From NCBI GenBank assembly GCA_030637655.1, contig DAOWGI010000099.1:1-64000 (forward strand): DNA of 64,000 nt. The letters run 5' to 3'. The position numbers were made by a program, and so were the translations under genes. How positions within the stretch are numbered: the first letter of the stretch is position 1; the number at the start of each line of letters is the position of its first letter. This document shows, one piece after another, positions 38,489 to 48,033 of this stretch. The notes below the pieces were generated by a model, which worked only from the letters and a program-made list of their open reading frames with translations, made no database searches and was not told the DNA's origin. Origin of the DNA: a candidate division FCPU426 bacterium. Its GTDB lineage: Bacteria > Oederibacteriota > JAAXVQ01 > JAUVAV01.

Positions 38489-39943
38489 ATGGATTTGATG
38501 TCCATCCTGGTGATCGGCTACAATCTCTATCTGCTGATTACCATAATATTTCTGATACTGGATAACCGGGAAACCGCCTCGACCATTGCCTGGATATTCT
38601 TGTTCGTGATTTTTCCCGTGCTGGGATTCATTCTCTACATGCTAATCGGAAGAAACTGGCGGAAAAACCCGCGATCCGAGCAAATAATCCAGCACGTGCT
38701 GGGATCCCGGCTGGAAAAAAACTTCAAACCCTTTATTCGGCAGCAAGAGCGCGAAATGCGAAAATACGCCAAATTGTGGCGCCACCCGGCCTATAAACGC
38801 GAACTCATGCACTTGCTATACCAGAGCTCCCATTCCCTGCTGAGTACGCAAAACCAAGTGCGCGTGTTTTACGCGGGCCGGGACAAATTCTCCCGGCTCA
38901 AGCAGGACCTAAAAAACGCCAAGCACTTTATCCACCTGGAATACTTTATCTGGCGCGCGGACGAGACCACGCGGGCGATCAAGGACATCCTGACAGCCAA
39001 GGCCCGGGCCGGGGTCGAAGTACGAATCTTATATGATTTTCTGGGCAGTATATTTTTGGCACGAAAATATTTACGCGAGTTGCGCCGGGCCGGCGTACGG
39101 GCCTATCCCTTTTACAATTTTCTGGCACCGTTCAAGCTGCACACCATGAATTACCGTAACCACCGGAAAATTGTTGTAATCGACGGCAAGATCGGGTACA
39201 CCGGCGGCATGAACATGGGACAGGAGTACATTGACGGCGGTAAGAAATTCCCGTCCTGGCGGGACACGCATCTGAGACTGGAAGGGCAGGTCGTGGCGCC
39301 CCTGCAGGCTGTGTTCGCCATTGACTGGTACAACACCACCAAGGAAGAGCTGTTCGCTCCGGAGTATTGCCTGCAAACCGTTTCTACGCGAAAAGTGCTT
39401 CCCCTGCAAATCACCACCTCCGGACCGGACTCGGAGTGGCCGTCCATTGAGCAACTGTATTTCTGCATGATCAACTCGGCCCAGAAATACGTTTACATTC
39501 AAAGCCCGTATCTCGTGCCCAGTCCCAGTGTATACGCGGCGCTGAAAACCGCGGTACTGCGGGGCCTGGACGTGCGAATCAATATAGCGGGATTGCCGGA
39601 TAAAAAAATACCCTACTGGGCCGCGTTTACTTATTTCGAGGACTTATTAAAGGCCGGTCTGCGCATATTTCATTACCAAAAAGGATTTCTGCACGCCAAG
39701 ACCATTGCCATCGACGGGGTCATGTGCTCCATCGGGACTGCCAACATGGACTTGCGGAGTTTCCGGCTCAATTATGAGCTGAACCTCCTGATCTACGACC
39801 GCCATCTAACTACTGGAATGAAACGGCAGTTTCTGAAGGACCTTAAACATTCTCGGGAATTCACGCTTGAGGACTACTACCGGCTGGGATACTTGCGGCA
39901 CTTCCGAAACTCCCTGTCTCGGCTACTGGCGCCGCTGCTGTAA
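38489..39943 (+). CDS. cls: Cardiolipin synthase
   Basis: PLDc_N (DNRETASTIAWI), two HKD motifs (NHRKIVVIDG, LHAKTIAIDG), NMDLRSFRLNYE; start moved to ATG 38489. Confidence 0.93.
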   Translation: MDLMSILVIGYNLYLLITIIFLILDNRETASTIAWIFLFVIFPVLGFILYMLIGRNWRKNPRSEQIIQHVLGSRLEKNFKPFIRQQEREMRKYAKLWRHPAYKRELMHLLYQSSHSLLSTQNQVRVFYAGRDKFSRLKQDLKNAKHFIHLEYFIWRADETTRAIKDILTAKARAGVEVRILYDFLGSIFLARKYLRELRRAGVRAYPFYNFLAPFKLHTMNYRNHRKIVVIDGKIGYTGGMNMGQEYIDGGKKFPSWRDTHLRLEGQVVAPLQAVFAIDWYNTTKEELFAPEYCLQTVSTRKVLPLQITTSGPDSEWPSIEQLYFCMINSAQKYVYIQSPYLVPSPSVYAALKTAVLRGLDVRINIAGLPDKKIPYWAAFTYFEDLLKAGLRIFHYQKGFLHAKTIAIDGVMCSIGTANMDLRSFRLNYELNLLIYDRHLTTGMKRQFLKDLKHSREFTLEDYYRLGYLRHFRNSLSRLLAPLL

Positions 39944-40044
39944 TCTTTGCGTGGAACATTATCGCAAATCAAGCCACACATTCCGGAATATGTTTAAATG
40001 TGACCTGGTCTTTTGGGAATAGAAAGAGACATCCTATACCCATA

Positions 40045-40280
40045 GTAATATGTCAGTCATGGTTTTTTTTGTTTGTCATCCCCGAATGCTTGTATCCCCG
40101 ATAAGAGCATTCGAGGACGGATACGGTTTAAAAAACCAGATTCCTGCCGAATGCGTCCCTATATATCTTTTCCGGTCGGGGCCGATTAAACCCTCGGGCT
40201 GCGTTAGCGTCCCTTTTCGATATTTTTCCGGTCGGGGAATGACAATCTTTGTTTAACTGCGCAGTTTACTGACATGTTAC
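40045..40280. mobile_element. GTAAC-ended MITE with compound palindromic interior
   Basis: gtaatatgtcagtca...tttactgacatgttac; no target duplication. Confidence 0.78.
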
Positions 40281-40433
40281 TAAAAAATAAAAGATATCCT
40301 TGAATTCACGCATAAAGCAAGGCATAATTGTTTTTCAGTTTTCAAAAAATAGTTTTTTCATTATTTTAAAGATATTTCCGGGACGCTTAAAACCTTGAGT
40401 TCCGGAGGTTGATTCCAAGGAGGAAGCGCGCTA

Positions 40434-41384
40434 ATGTTCAGAGATAAAATTAAAATATTGGATTGTACGATTCGCGACGGAGGCTTAATCAACAATCATG
40501 ATTTTGATCTCCGTTTTGTCCGCGAAGTTTACAAAGCAGTCAGTGCGGCAGGTGTGGATTATATTGAATTGGGGTACAAAAATTCAGACAAAATCTTTTC
40601 CCGCGATGAATACGGGGCCTGGAAATTCTGCCAAGACGATGACATTAAAAAAGTTGTTGAGGGCATTGAATCCAAAACTAAAATCTCAGTCATGGGAGAT
40701 ATCGGCCGCGTGGACATGGACAAAGTGTTGCCTGCCAAAGACAGCCCGATTGACATGATCCGTACTGCGGCTTATGTCAAGGACATTGACAAAGCAATTA
40801 CCCATACCAACCAATTCTCGGATTTGGGTTATGAAACCACCATCAATATCATGGCCATTTCCCGGGATCAGGGCCCGGAACTGGATGAAGCCTTGCATCA
40901 GATCGAAGCAGAATGCCAAGCCAATGTGATCTATATTGTGGACAGTTTCGGTCACCTATATCAGGAATCCGTGGAAAACCTGGTTAAACGTTTTAAAACT
41001 ATTCTAAAAACCAAGGAAGTCGGCTTTCATGGCCACAATAATCTGCAACTCGCTTTCAGCAATACCATTGAGGCCATTATTCATGATGCCAATTATCTGG
41101 ATGCAACTGTGTATGGTATTGGCCGTGCGGCAGGCAACTGTACCTTGGAACTCTTGCTGGGATTTCTGAAAAATCCCAAATTTGATCTGCGCCCAATTTT
41201 GGAGCTTATTTCTAAAGAATTCCTCCCACTGCGCAACCAGATCGAATGGGGTTATATCATTCCCTATGCCCTTGCCGGCATATTCAATGAGCACCCCAAA
41301 GCAGCTATGGCTCTGCGCAATGGCGATAAAAAAGATAATTACCGGGAATTTTACGAAAATCTGATTTCCCCGGAAGTGGAATAA
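40434..41384 (+). CDS. DRE-TIM/HMGL-like aldolase (4-hydroxy-2-oxovalerate aldolase-like)
   Basis: LDCTIRDGG, IVDSFG, FHGHNN, GIGRAAGNC. Confidence 0.85.
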   Translation: MFRDKIKILDCTIRDGGLINNHDFDLRFVREVYKAVSAAGVDYIELGYKNSDKIFSRDEYGAWKFCQDDDIKKVVEGIESKTKISVMGDIGRVDMDKVLPAKDSPIDMIRTAAYVKDIDKAITHTNQFSDLGYETTINIMAISRDQGPELDEALHQIEAECQANVIYIVDSFGHLYQESVENLVKRFKTILKTKEVGFHGHNNLQLAFSNTIEAIIHDANYLDATVYGIGRAAGNCTLELLLGFLKNPKFDLRPILELISKEFLPLRNQIEWGYIIPYALAGIFNEHPKAAMALRNGDKKDNYREFYENLISPEVE

Positions 41385-42017
41385 ATGGATGTCCAGGCGT
41401 TCAGACAATTGCCCTTGCTGGGAATCTTGCGGGATATATCCCCTGAACACCTGTGTCCGCTCATTGAAGCGATTTGCGCCGGCGGCCTGAAAACCATTGA
41501 AATCACTATGAACACTTCCGGCGCGCCTGAACTCATTCACAAAGCCGGACAGCTGGCCAATGGCCGTCTGACCATCGGTGCCGGCACGGTCCTTAACATG
41601 GATATGCTGCGCCCGGCCCTGCAAGCCGGCGCCTCGTTCATTGTCATGCCGACAGTGGTGGATGATGTGGCCGTGTTTTGCCTGGAAAACAAAATTCCTT
41701 TTTTCCCCGGCGCTTTAACCCCTCAAGAAATTTTCACTGCCTGGCAAACCAACCCGGTGATGGTCAAAGTTTTTCCTGCCAAATTTTTCGGACCTGAGTA
41801 TTTCAAGGAAATCAAAGGTCCCTTCAATGCCATTGAACTCCTGGCCTGTGGTGGTGTGACCCCGGATAATCTGGCTGATTATGCCCGCTGCGGAGCCGGC
41901 GCTTATGCGCTCGGCAAGAGCGTATTTAAAAAAGAATGGCTGCAAGCAGGTGAGTTCGGAAAAATTTCAGATCTCATCAAACAATACATCATCGCGTATA
42001 AAAACACCCAAAAATAA
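41385..42017 (+). CDS. eda: KDPG/KHG aldolase
   Basis: LGILR, IEITMN, IGAGTVL, PGALTPQE, VKVFPA, GGV. Confidence 0.88.
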   Translation: MDVQAFRQLPLLGILRDISPEHLCPLIEAICAGGLKTIEITMNTSGAPELIHKAGQLANGRLTIGAGTVLNMDMLRPALQAGASFIVMPTVVDDVAVFCLENKIPFFPGALTPQEIFTAWQTNPVMVKVFPAKFFGPEYFKEIKGPFNAIELLACGGVTPDNLADYARCGAGAYALGKSVFKKEWLQAGEFGKISDLIKQYIIAYKNTQK

Positions 42018-42026
42018 TCTGCATTT

Positions 42027-43049
42027 CTAACAAATCCGGGGCAGCAGTTCACCCATTGGCATATCAATCACGCGCTCCCCGCCCAGCTTGGTATGCAGGA
42101 GTACCGTACCCCGGGGATCGGAAAGCACAGTGCCAATCCGGCAGGCAGCGCGCCCCTGGGGGTGCGCTCTTAATTTTTCAATACACAGGCAAGCATCTTC
42201 AGCCGGGCAGAGCAGCAGCGCTTTGCCTTCGTTGGCCATATACAAAGGATCAAGACCCAACAAATCACAAACCCCCTGCACCTCTTTTTTGATTGGTAAT
42301 TTGTTTTCCTCAATCCGGATACCCACCTCTGAAGCTTGGGCAATATCACACAAAGCGGCAGCCACACCGCCCCGGGTCGGATCACGCAACACATGCACTT
42401 TGGGCAAAGATTCAAAGACCGGTTCCAGCAAATCCCACAAAGGAGCTACATCACTTTCCAAAGAGGACTGCAAAGTCAATCCTTCCCGCTGACTCATAAT
42501 GGCAATGCCATGATCTCCCATGCTCCCGGTCAGAATCACCGCGTCTCCGGGTACCGCCTGGCTGCAATGCGGATTCTCTTTAAGCCTACGGATACCAATG
42601 CCTGAAGTATTAATAAACACACCATTTCCATGGCCGCGTTCCACCACTTTAGTATCGCCGGTAACCAAGGTAACATCAGTTGTTTTTAGTACAGCTGCCA
42701 TAGAGAACATGATTTTTTCCAACTCTGCCACAGGATAGCCTTCTTCCAGAATCAAACCCAGGCTGAGGTAGAGCGGTTTGGCTCCTTGCATTACCACATC
42801 ATTAATCGTACCGCAGGCAGCCAGTTTTCCAATATCACCGCCGGGAAACTGCAAAGGATTCACCACATAGGAGTCTGTGGTAAAAACTATTTCATTGCGC
42901 GGCAGATCCAAAACCGCGCCATCATCCATTTGCCGCAAGATCGGATTATCAAAATATTTTACAATGACATCACGAATGAGTTGTTGGGTGAGCCGACCGC
43001 CCCCACCATGCGAGAGCAGTATTATTTTTTCTGATTTCTTCCCGTCCAT
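42027..43049 (-). CDS. hypE: Hydrogenase maturation protein HypE
   Basis: SHGGGG, FTTDSYVV, TGDTKVV, LRDPTRGG, C-terminal LPRIC. Confidence 0.97.
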   Translation of the reverse strand: MDGKKSEKIILLSHGGGGRLTQQLIRDVIVKYFDNPILRQMDDGAVLDLPRNEIVFTTDSYVVNPLQFPGGDIGKLAACGTINDVVMQGAKPLYLSLGLILEEGYPVAELEKIMFSMAAVLKTTDVTLVTGDTKVVERGHGNGVFINTSGIGIRRLKENPHCSQAVPGDAVILTGSMGDHGIAIMSQREGLTLQSSLESDVAPLWDLLEPVFESLPKVHVLRDPTRGGVAAALCDIAQASEVGIRIEENKLPIKKEVQGVCDLLGLDPLYMANEGKALLLCPAEDACLCIEKLRAHPQGRAACRIGTVLSDPRGTVLLHTKLGGERVIDMPMGELLPRIC

Positions 43050-44128
43050 TACACCTTCCTCTGTTTCTGAGCATATTTATAATAAGCCGCGCAGGTTCCT
43101 TCGTTGGAGACCATGCAAGCGCCGATGGGATTAGCCGGGGTACAGGCTTTCTGAAACAAGGGACATTCAAACGGAATGCAAACTCCGCGCAAAATTTCTC
43201 CGCAGCGGCACCCAATGGGTTCAGGCGCAGCTAGTTTTTCTTGTAAAAACGCAAATTTGTTTTCAGCCGCATAGTCCGCATACTTAGCGCGAATCTGCAA
43301 ACCACTGCCGGAAATAACTCCCAAACCCCGCCACTTGGCATCACAGGGCTCAAAAATTTCCGCGAGTAGCGCTTGGGCCGCCTGGTTTCCTTTTTCTTTT
43401 ACACTGCGCTGGTATTGATTCTCCACCTCTGAGCGGCCTTCTGCGCACTGTTGCACCAGCATGGTAATGGCTTGAAAAATATCCAAAGGTTCAAATCCAG
43501 CCACCACACACGGCGTTTTATATTCTTCAGCAATGAAGGTATACAATTTTGTTCCGGTAATCACACTCACATGACCAGGGCAAACAAACCCGTCAATCCG
43601 CACCTCTTTGCTTTGCAGCAAAGCAGCCATAGCTTGGGGCATAGTTTTATGCGCGCAAAACACTGAGTAATTGGCAAGCTTCTTCTCAGCCGCAGCTTGA
43701 ATGGTCCACGCCACAGTTGGAGCAGTAGTCTCAAAACCAACACCTAAAAAGACTACTTGCTTATCTGAGTACTTTTCAGCAGCGAGCACCGCATCCACTG
43801 GTGAGTAAACCACCAATATATCCGCGCCTTGCGCCCGGGCAATTTCCAGAGAACCCAGATTTCCCGGCACACGCAGCATATCCCCAAAGGTGGCTATCAT
43901 CACATTCGGTTCCGCGGTCAAACGAATAACATGATCAATATAATCCCCGGCTGTCACACAGACCGGACAGCCGGGTCCGGAAAGCAGATTTACATTCTCC
44001 GGCAAAAACGAGCGCAGACCAGCCCTGAAAGCTGCCATGGTATGCGTACCGCAGACCTCCATCAGCTTTAAGGGGCGGTCGATTTGTTTGGCCCAATGGC
44101 GCAAATTCTCTTTTATTTCTTTAAACAT
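43049..44128 (-). CDS. hypD: Hydrogenase formation protein HypD
   Basis: MEVCGTHT, GPGCPVC, GFETT, PGHVS, GACMVSNEGTC. Confidence 0.97.
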   Translation of the reverse strand: MFKEIKENLRHWAKQIDRPLKLMEVCGTHTMAAFRAGLRSFLPENVNLLSGPGCPVCVTAGDYIDHVIRLTAEPNVMIATFGDMLRVPGNLGSLEIARAQGADILVVYSPVDAVLAAEKYSDKQVVFLGVGFETTAPTVAWTIQAAAEKKLANYSVFCAHKTMPQAMAALLQSKEVRIDGFVCPGHVSVITGTKLYTFIAEEYKTPCVVAGFEPLDIFQAITMLVQQCAEGRSEVENQYQRSVKEKGNQAAQALLAEIFEPCDAKWRGLGVISGSGLQIRAKYADYAAENKFAFLQEKLAAPEPIGCRCGEILRGVCIPFECPLFQKACTPANPIGACMVSNEGTCAAYYKYAQKQRKV

Positions 44129-44138
44129 CAGTCATTCC

Positions 44139-44369
44139 CTATTCGGCTTTCTCATCCATAGCATTCATTTCTTCCATAATGGCATGGTATTCCGCCACAT
44201 CAGCTTCCGACCATTTTTGAATCGCAAACCCGGCATGTACTAAAACATAATCACCCACTTCAGGATTTTGCAGTAAATTGACCTGGACCGGACGCCGGAC
44301 CCCATGCATATCCACTACCGCCTGAGTTCCTTCCAGTTCAACAATTTGTACTGGTATAGCCAGACACAT
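44139..44369 (-). CDS. hypC: Hydrogenase assembly chaperone HypC
   Basis: MCLAIP, VGDYVLVHAGFA. Confidence 0.97.
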   Translation of the reverse strand: MCLAIPVQIVELEGTQAVVDMHGVRRPVQVNLLQNPEVGDYVLVHAGFAIQKWSEADVAEYHAIMEEMNAMDEKAE

Positions 44370-44383
44370 TACTTACTCCTTAC

Positions 44384-44442
44384 GGGCGAACGCTAGGTTC
44401 GCCCCTACGGTTTTAGGGGCAGACACACGGGTCTGCCCCTAC
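44384..44442. repeat. REP doublet; supplies the hypF stop codon
   Basis: gggcgaacgctaggttcgcccctac and taggggcagacacacgggtctgcccctac. Confidence 0.85.
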
Positions 44443-46733
44443 GACTTTAACTTCGTTCCGCATTTTGCCAAACCAATTGCCGCCTGGCCCACGGACACTC
44501 CGCCGTCATTGGGCGGAACTAAGTGATGACTATACACTGCAAACCCCTGTTGCCTCAACCTTTTCGTTAATTGTCGGAGCAGAAAATCATTTTGGAAAAC
44601 ACCACCGGACAATACAACTTTACTTAACCCTGTTTCTGTTCTGATTTGTTCACACTCAACAGCCAACGCTGTAACCAGTGTATTGTGAAATTTTGTTGCT
44701 ATCTGGGACAATGGTCGTCCGGCTTGAATGTCTGCAATGATTTTTTTTATCATGGGAGCAAAAGAGAGCACAGTCGCTTCGGGTTCCAATTCCAAGGCAT
44801 ACGGATAATGCGCATGTACACTGGTGTCCACCAGGGATTGCAGGCGAATGGCTGCCTGCCCCTCATAGGTTACTGTATCACAGAGTCCCATTATGGCGGC
44901 CACAACATCAAACAATCGCCCGGCACTGGAGGTCAGTGGCGAGTGTGCTTTTTGCTCCAACATGCTCTTCAGGGTCCGGCACTGTTCTGTAGAGAGACTG
45001 GGCAGCAGCGCCTGCGCGTCCTCCGGCGTTTGAGAAACATCAGCCAACACATAGCTCAATGCCATGCGATCCGGATGCAGAATCGCTTGCTCACCACCTG
45101 GCATGCGATAAGTTTTGAAGTGGGCTTTCCGTTCAAATGTTTTATAATCCGCCAGTATAATTTCTCCTCCCCAGAGCGTTTCATCCGGTCCGAAACCCGT
45201 GCCATCCAAAGCAATACCAATCACTTTCTCATCCAATTGGTGCTCCAACATACAGGCCGCAATATGCGCATGATGGTGCTGCACTGCGATTTTCCAGGAT
45301 ATCTTAGTCTTCAAAGCAAAACGCGTGGAAAAATAATCCGGATGCATATCATGCACTATTACTTCCGGTTGGATGTGCTGCAAATCACAGAGATTCCTCA
45401 TTTGCTCCTGATACAGATGTTGAACGGCCAACAAAGACAAATCTCCCATATGGGAAGAAGGATAAATACACTGCTTCCGGGTTAAGCAAAAGGTGTTTTT
45501 CAAATCCGCGCCAGTAGCCACTAGTGAGGGTCCCTGATATACCGCCGTCAAACTCCGCGGAACAAAACCGCGTGCCCGGCGATAGAACAAACGTTTCTCC
45601 TCCACTATTTTCAGCACTGAATCATCGCAATGCCTGGCAATAGGCCGGTCATGAGTCAAGGCGTAGTCGGCAATGGGACCGAGTATTTTTTCCAATTCCC
45701 GCTCATTCGTGACCATAGGTTCCTCGGATGGATTAGCGCTGGTCATAATCAGCGGACTCATTTTTTTCAAGAGAAGATGATGAATCGGCGTGTAGGGCAA
45801 AAAAACACCTACATCCTGGGTATCCGGCGAGACCGCCTGGGGCAATCCTTGCTCAGCTAAGCGCTCCAGCACAACAATGGGCCGGGCATAGGATTGAAGT
45901 TCCTCAGCCTCTTTTTCCTTGACCCGGCAGTGGGCTTTGATCTGTTTAAGGTCAACAAACATAACTGCCAAGGACTTGTACGGGCGATGTTTGCGTTCAC
46001 GCAAGGTCTCTATCACATCCGCTCGGGTTGCATCGCAAGCCAGATGATAACCACCCAGGCCTTTGATAGCCAAAATTTTTCCAACACGCAGCAATTCCAC
46101 TGCTTTGGCCATCGGATCTTTATCATATACTTGCCGGTCTGCTGAAATTAACTGGAGTTGCGGCCCACAGTTCGGGCAGGCATTGGGCTGCGACTCAAAA
46201 CGCCGATCACGCGGATCATTAAATTCACGCGCGCATTTCGCGCATAAAGGAAATTTGTCCATGGTGGTCCGTTTACGGTCATAAGGCAAATCCTGAATAA
46301 TGGTAAAACGCGGGCCGCAATTCAAACAATTTATAAAAGGATATTGATAACGCCGATCGTTTTCAGCAAACAACTCGTGTTCACAATCTTTACAGGTAGC
46401 CACATCCGGCGGAAAGGTAATGCTGGTTTCTCCCTCTAACTCGCTGGGAATAATAAGAAATTCAATCTCAGCCTGCAACGCAATTTCATCAGCCTCAAGC
46501 TGCTCAATCCGGGCCAAAGGCGGTGGTGCCATGGTCAGAGTTTGGAAAAAAAGATCGATTTGATCCGAATCGCCCTGTAATTCAAGTTGCACACCTTGTG
46601 GTGTATTGTAGACAAATCCGGTCAGACCCAGATGCTTGGCCTCACGATACACCCAAGGCCGAAATCCCACTCCCTGGATCCGGCCTTGAATGAACGCGCG
46701 AACTCTTTTTTTTCCAACCACAGATTGACTCAT
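44439..46733 (-). CDS. hypF: Carbamoyltransferase HypF
   Basis: GRIQGVGFRP acylphosphatase domain, two Zn fingers, KGLGGYHL, VQHHHAH, SGGVFQN, PPNDGG. Confidence 0.97.
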   Translation of the reverse strand: MSQSVVGKKRVRAFIQGRIQGVGFRPWVYREAKHLGLTGFVYNTPQGVQLELQGDSDQIDLFFQTLTMAPPPLARIEQLEADEIALQAEIEFLIIPSELEGETSITFPPDVATCKDCEHELFAENDRRYQYPFINCLNCGPRFTIIQDLPYDRKRTTMDKFPLCAKCAREFNDPRDRRFESQPNACPNCGPQLQLISADRQVYDKDPMAKAVELLRVGKILAIKGLGGYHLACDATRADVIETLRERKHRPYKSLAVMFVDLKQIKAHCRVKEKEAEELQSYARPIVVLERLAEQGLPQAVSPDTQDVGVFLPYTPIHHLLLKKMSPLIMTSANPSEEPMVTNERELEKILGPIADYALTHDRPIARHCDDSVLKIVEEKRLFYRRARGFVPRSLTAVYQGPSLVATGADLKNTFCLTRKQCIYPSSHMGDLSLLAVQHLYQEQMRNLCDLQHIQPEVIVHDMHPDYFSTRFALKTKISWKIAVQHHHAHIAACMLEHQLDEKVIGIALDGTGFGPDETLWGGEIILADYKTFERKAHFKTYRMPGGEQAILHPDRMALSYVLADVSQTPEDAQALLPSLSTEQCRTLKSMLEQKAHSPLTSSAGRLFDVVAAIMGLCDTVTYEGQAAIRLQSLVDTSVHAHYPYALELEPEATVLSFAPMIKKIIADIQAGRPLSQIATKFHNTLVTALAVECEQIRTETGLSKVVLSGGVFQNDFLLRQLTKRLRQQGFAVYSHHLVPPNDGGVSVGQAAIGLAKCGTKLKS

Positions 46734-46754
46734 CTTTGACTATTCCTTTGTCTG

Positions 46755-46779
46755 GTGGGCGAGGGCACCTCGCCCCTAC
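46755..46779. repeat. GTAG REP palindrome
   Basis: gtgggcgagggcacctcgcccctac. Confidence 0.8.
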
Positions 46780-46781
46780 AT

Positions 46782-47429
46782 TTATCGTATGGATTTCAAC
46801 CATTGCACCCAGGCTTCCAGACCATCACCTGTGAGTGAAGAAAGGGTAAATATTGATGTTTGCGCATTAATTTGTTTGATGGCTGCCAAACAGGCTTCCA
46901 AATTAAAAGGGATGTGCGGCAAAAGATCGGTTTTAGAAACAACCACTGCTTCCGCCTCCCGGAACAACAAAGGATATTTTAAAGCTTTGTCTTCACCTTC
47001 GGTAACACTCAAGACGGCAATCTTGGCTTTTTCGCCTATATCAAACTCTGCCGGGCAAACCAGATTGCCTACATTCTCCACAATCACCATATCCAAATCA
47101 TTCAAAGGCAGGTCCAATAGCGCGTAATGCACCAGTTTTGCTTCCAGATGGCAGGCCCCATCAGTAAGCAACTGACTCACCGGAATATTTAACGGCGCCA
47201 GGCGTTCCGCGTCTCTCGTGGTTTCCACATCCCCTTCCAACACGGCAAAACGCGTGTCCGTAGCTAATAAGGCATGCGTTTTTTCCAGCAACGCAGTCTT
47301 GCCCGCACCAGGTGAACCGATGATATTCACCATGGTAATATTTTTTTCTTTTAAAACGTCACGGGTCTTTTGCGCCCATTCCTCATTGGCGCCCATTAAA
47401 TCACGATAGACTTTAATTTCCTTCAGCAT
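46782..47429 (-). CDS. hypB: Hydrogenase nickel incorporation GTPase HypB
   Basis: GSPGAGKT, GACHL, ENVGNLVCPA, SVTEGEDK, SKTD; start moved to ATG 47429. Confidence 0.95.
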   Translation of the reverse strand: MLKEIKVYRDLMGANEEWAQKTRDVLKEKNITMVNIIGSPGAGKTALLEKTHALLATDTRFAVLEGDVETTRDAERLAPLNIPVSQLLTDGACHLEAKLVHYALLDLPLNDLDMVIVENVGNLVCPAEFDIGEKAKIAVLSVTEGEDKALKYPLLFREAEAVVVSKTDLLPHIPFNLEACLAAIKQINAQTSIFTLSSLTGDGLEAWVQWLKSIR

Positions 47430-47781
47430 CCTCCACCTCAATCTCGAGATTTTCCAAATACAATTCCATACCGGTCAGCATTTCCAATTCCGTGCTCCCG
47501 CAGGATTTACAGATAAAAGCCTGCCTCTCAATCTCACCCTGCCACTGGCATTTTCGGCATTTCACCTCTAAAGGTACTGTGCGCACCAACAGTTCAGATC
47601 CTTCGGCCACTGTATCCTTGATCAATACTTCATAAGCAAACTGGAGATACTCCGGAATAATCTGGCGCAAATGTCCGAGCGCCACATGCACTTTGAGCAA
47701 ACGCTTGGGCAGCGGCTGGATGGCGTTGACTTCATTCACAATGGCATCCACCAAATTTTGACAAATTGAAAATTCGTGCAT
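47413..47781 (-). CDS. hypA: Hydrogenase nickel insertion protein HypA
   Basis: MHE start, CRKC/CKSC, GMEL; start moved to ATG 47781. Confidence 0.95.
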   Translation of the reverse strand: MHEFSICQNLVDAIVNEVNAIQPLPKRLLKVHVALGHLRQIIPEYLQFAYEVLIKDTVAEGSELLVRTVPLEVKCRKCQWQGEIERQAFICKSCGSTELEMLTGMELYLENLEIEVEDAEGN

Positions 47782-47799
47782 ACAACCTCGATACATATG

Positions 47800-47880
47800 G
47801 TAGAGACGTAACATGTTACGTCTCTACAGTATGCTACGTCTCTACCACCTATTGTCTCTACAAAAATCGGGCGTCTCTAC
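47800..47880. repeat. GTAGAGACG REP plus three half-copies
   Basis: gtagagacgtaacatgttacgtctctac followed by three further gtctctac units. Confidence 0.85.
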
Positions 47881-48033
47881 CGGAAAATGTGTGGAAATTG
47901 TAGTCTATTTTGGCAGGCTTGCCAATAGAAAAGCAAGGTTTGTGTAACCAGGTTTGTGTAAGCACAGTGTCCAGCATCGCTTTCAGCTATGTCGTAGCAA
48001 GTACGCACCTGCGTCATATTAGGTAATAACCGG

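Noticed and set aside
23214-40256. Short ORFs 23214-23435, 37985-38254 and 40050-40256 with similar peptides (VIPECLYRG, KNQIPAE)
   Set aside because: Translations of MITE palindromes, not a gene family
47800-47880. CRISPR or iteron array
   Set aside because: Units are REP half-sites with short irregular gaps
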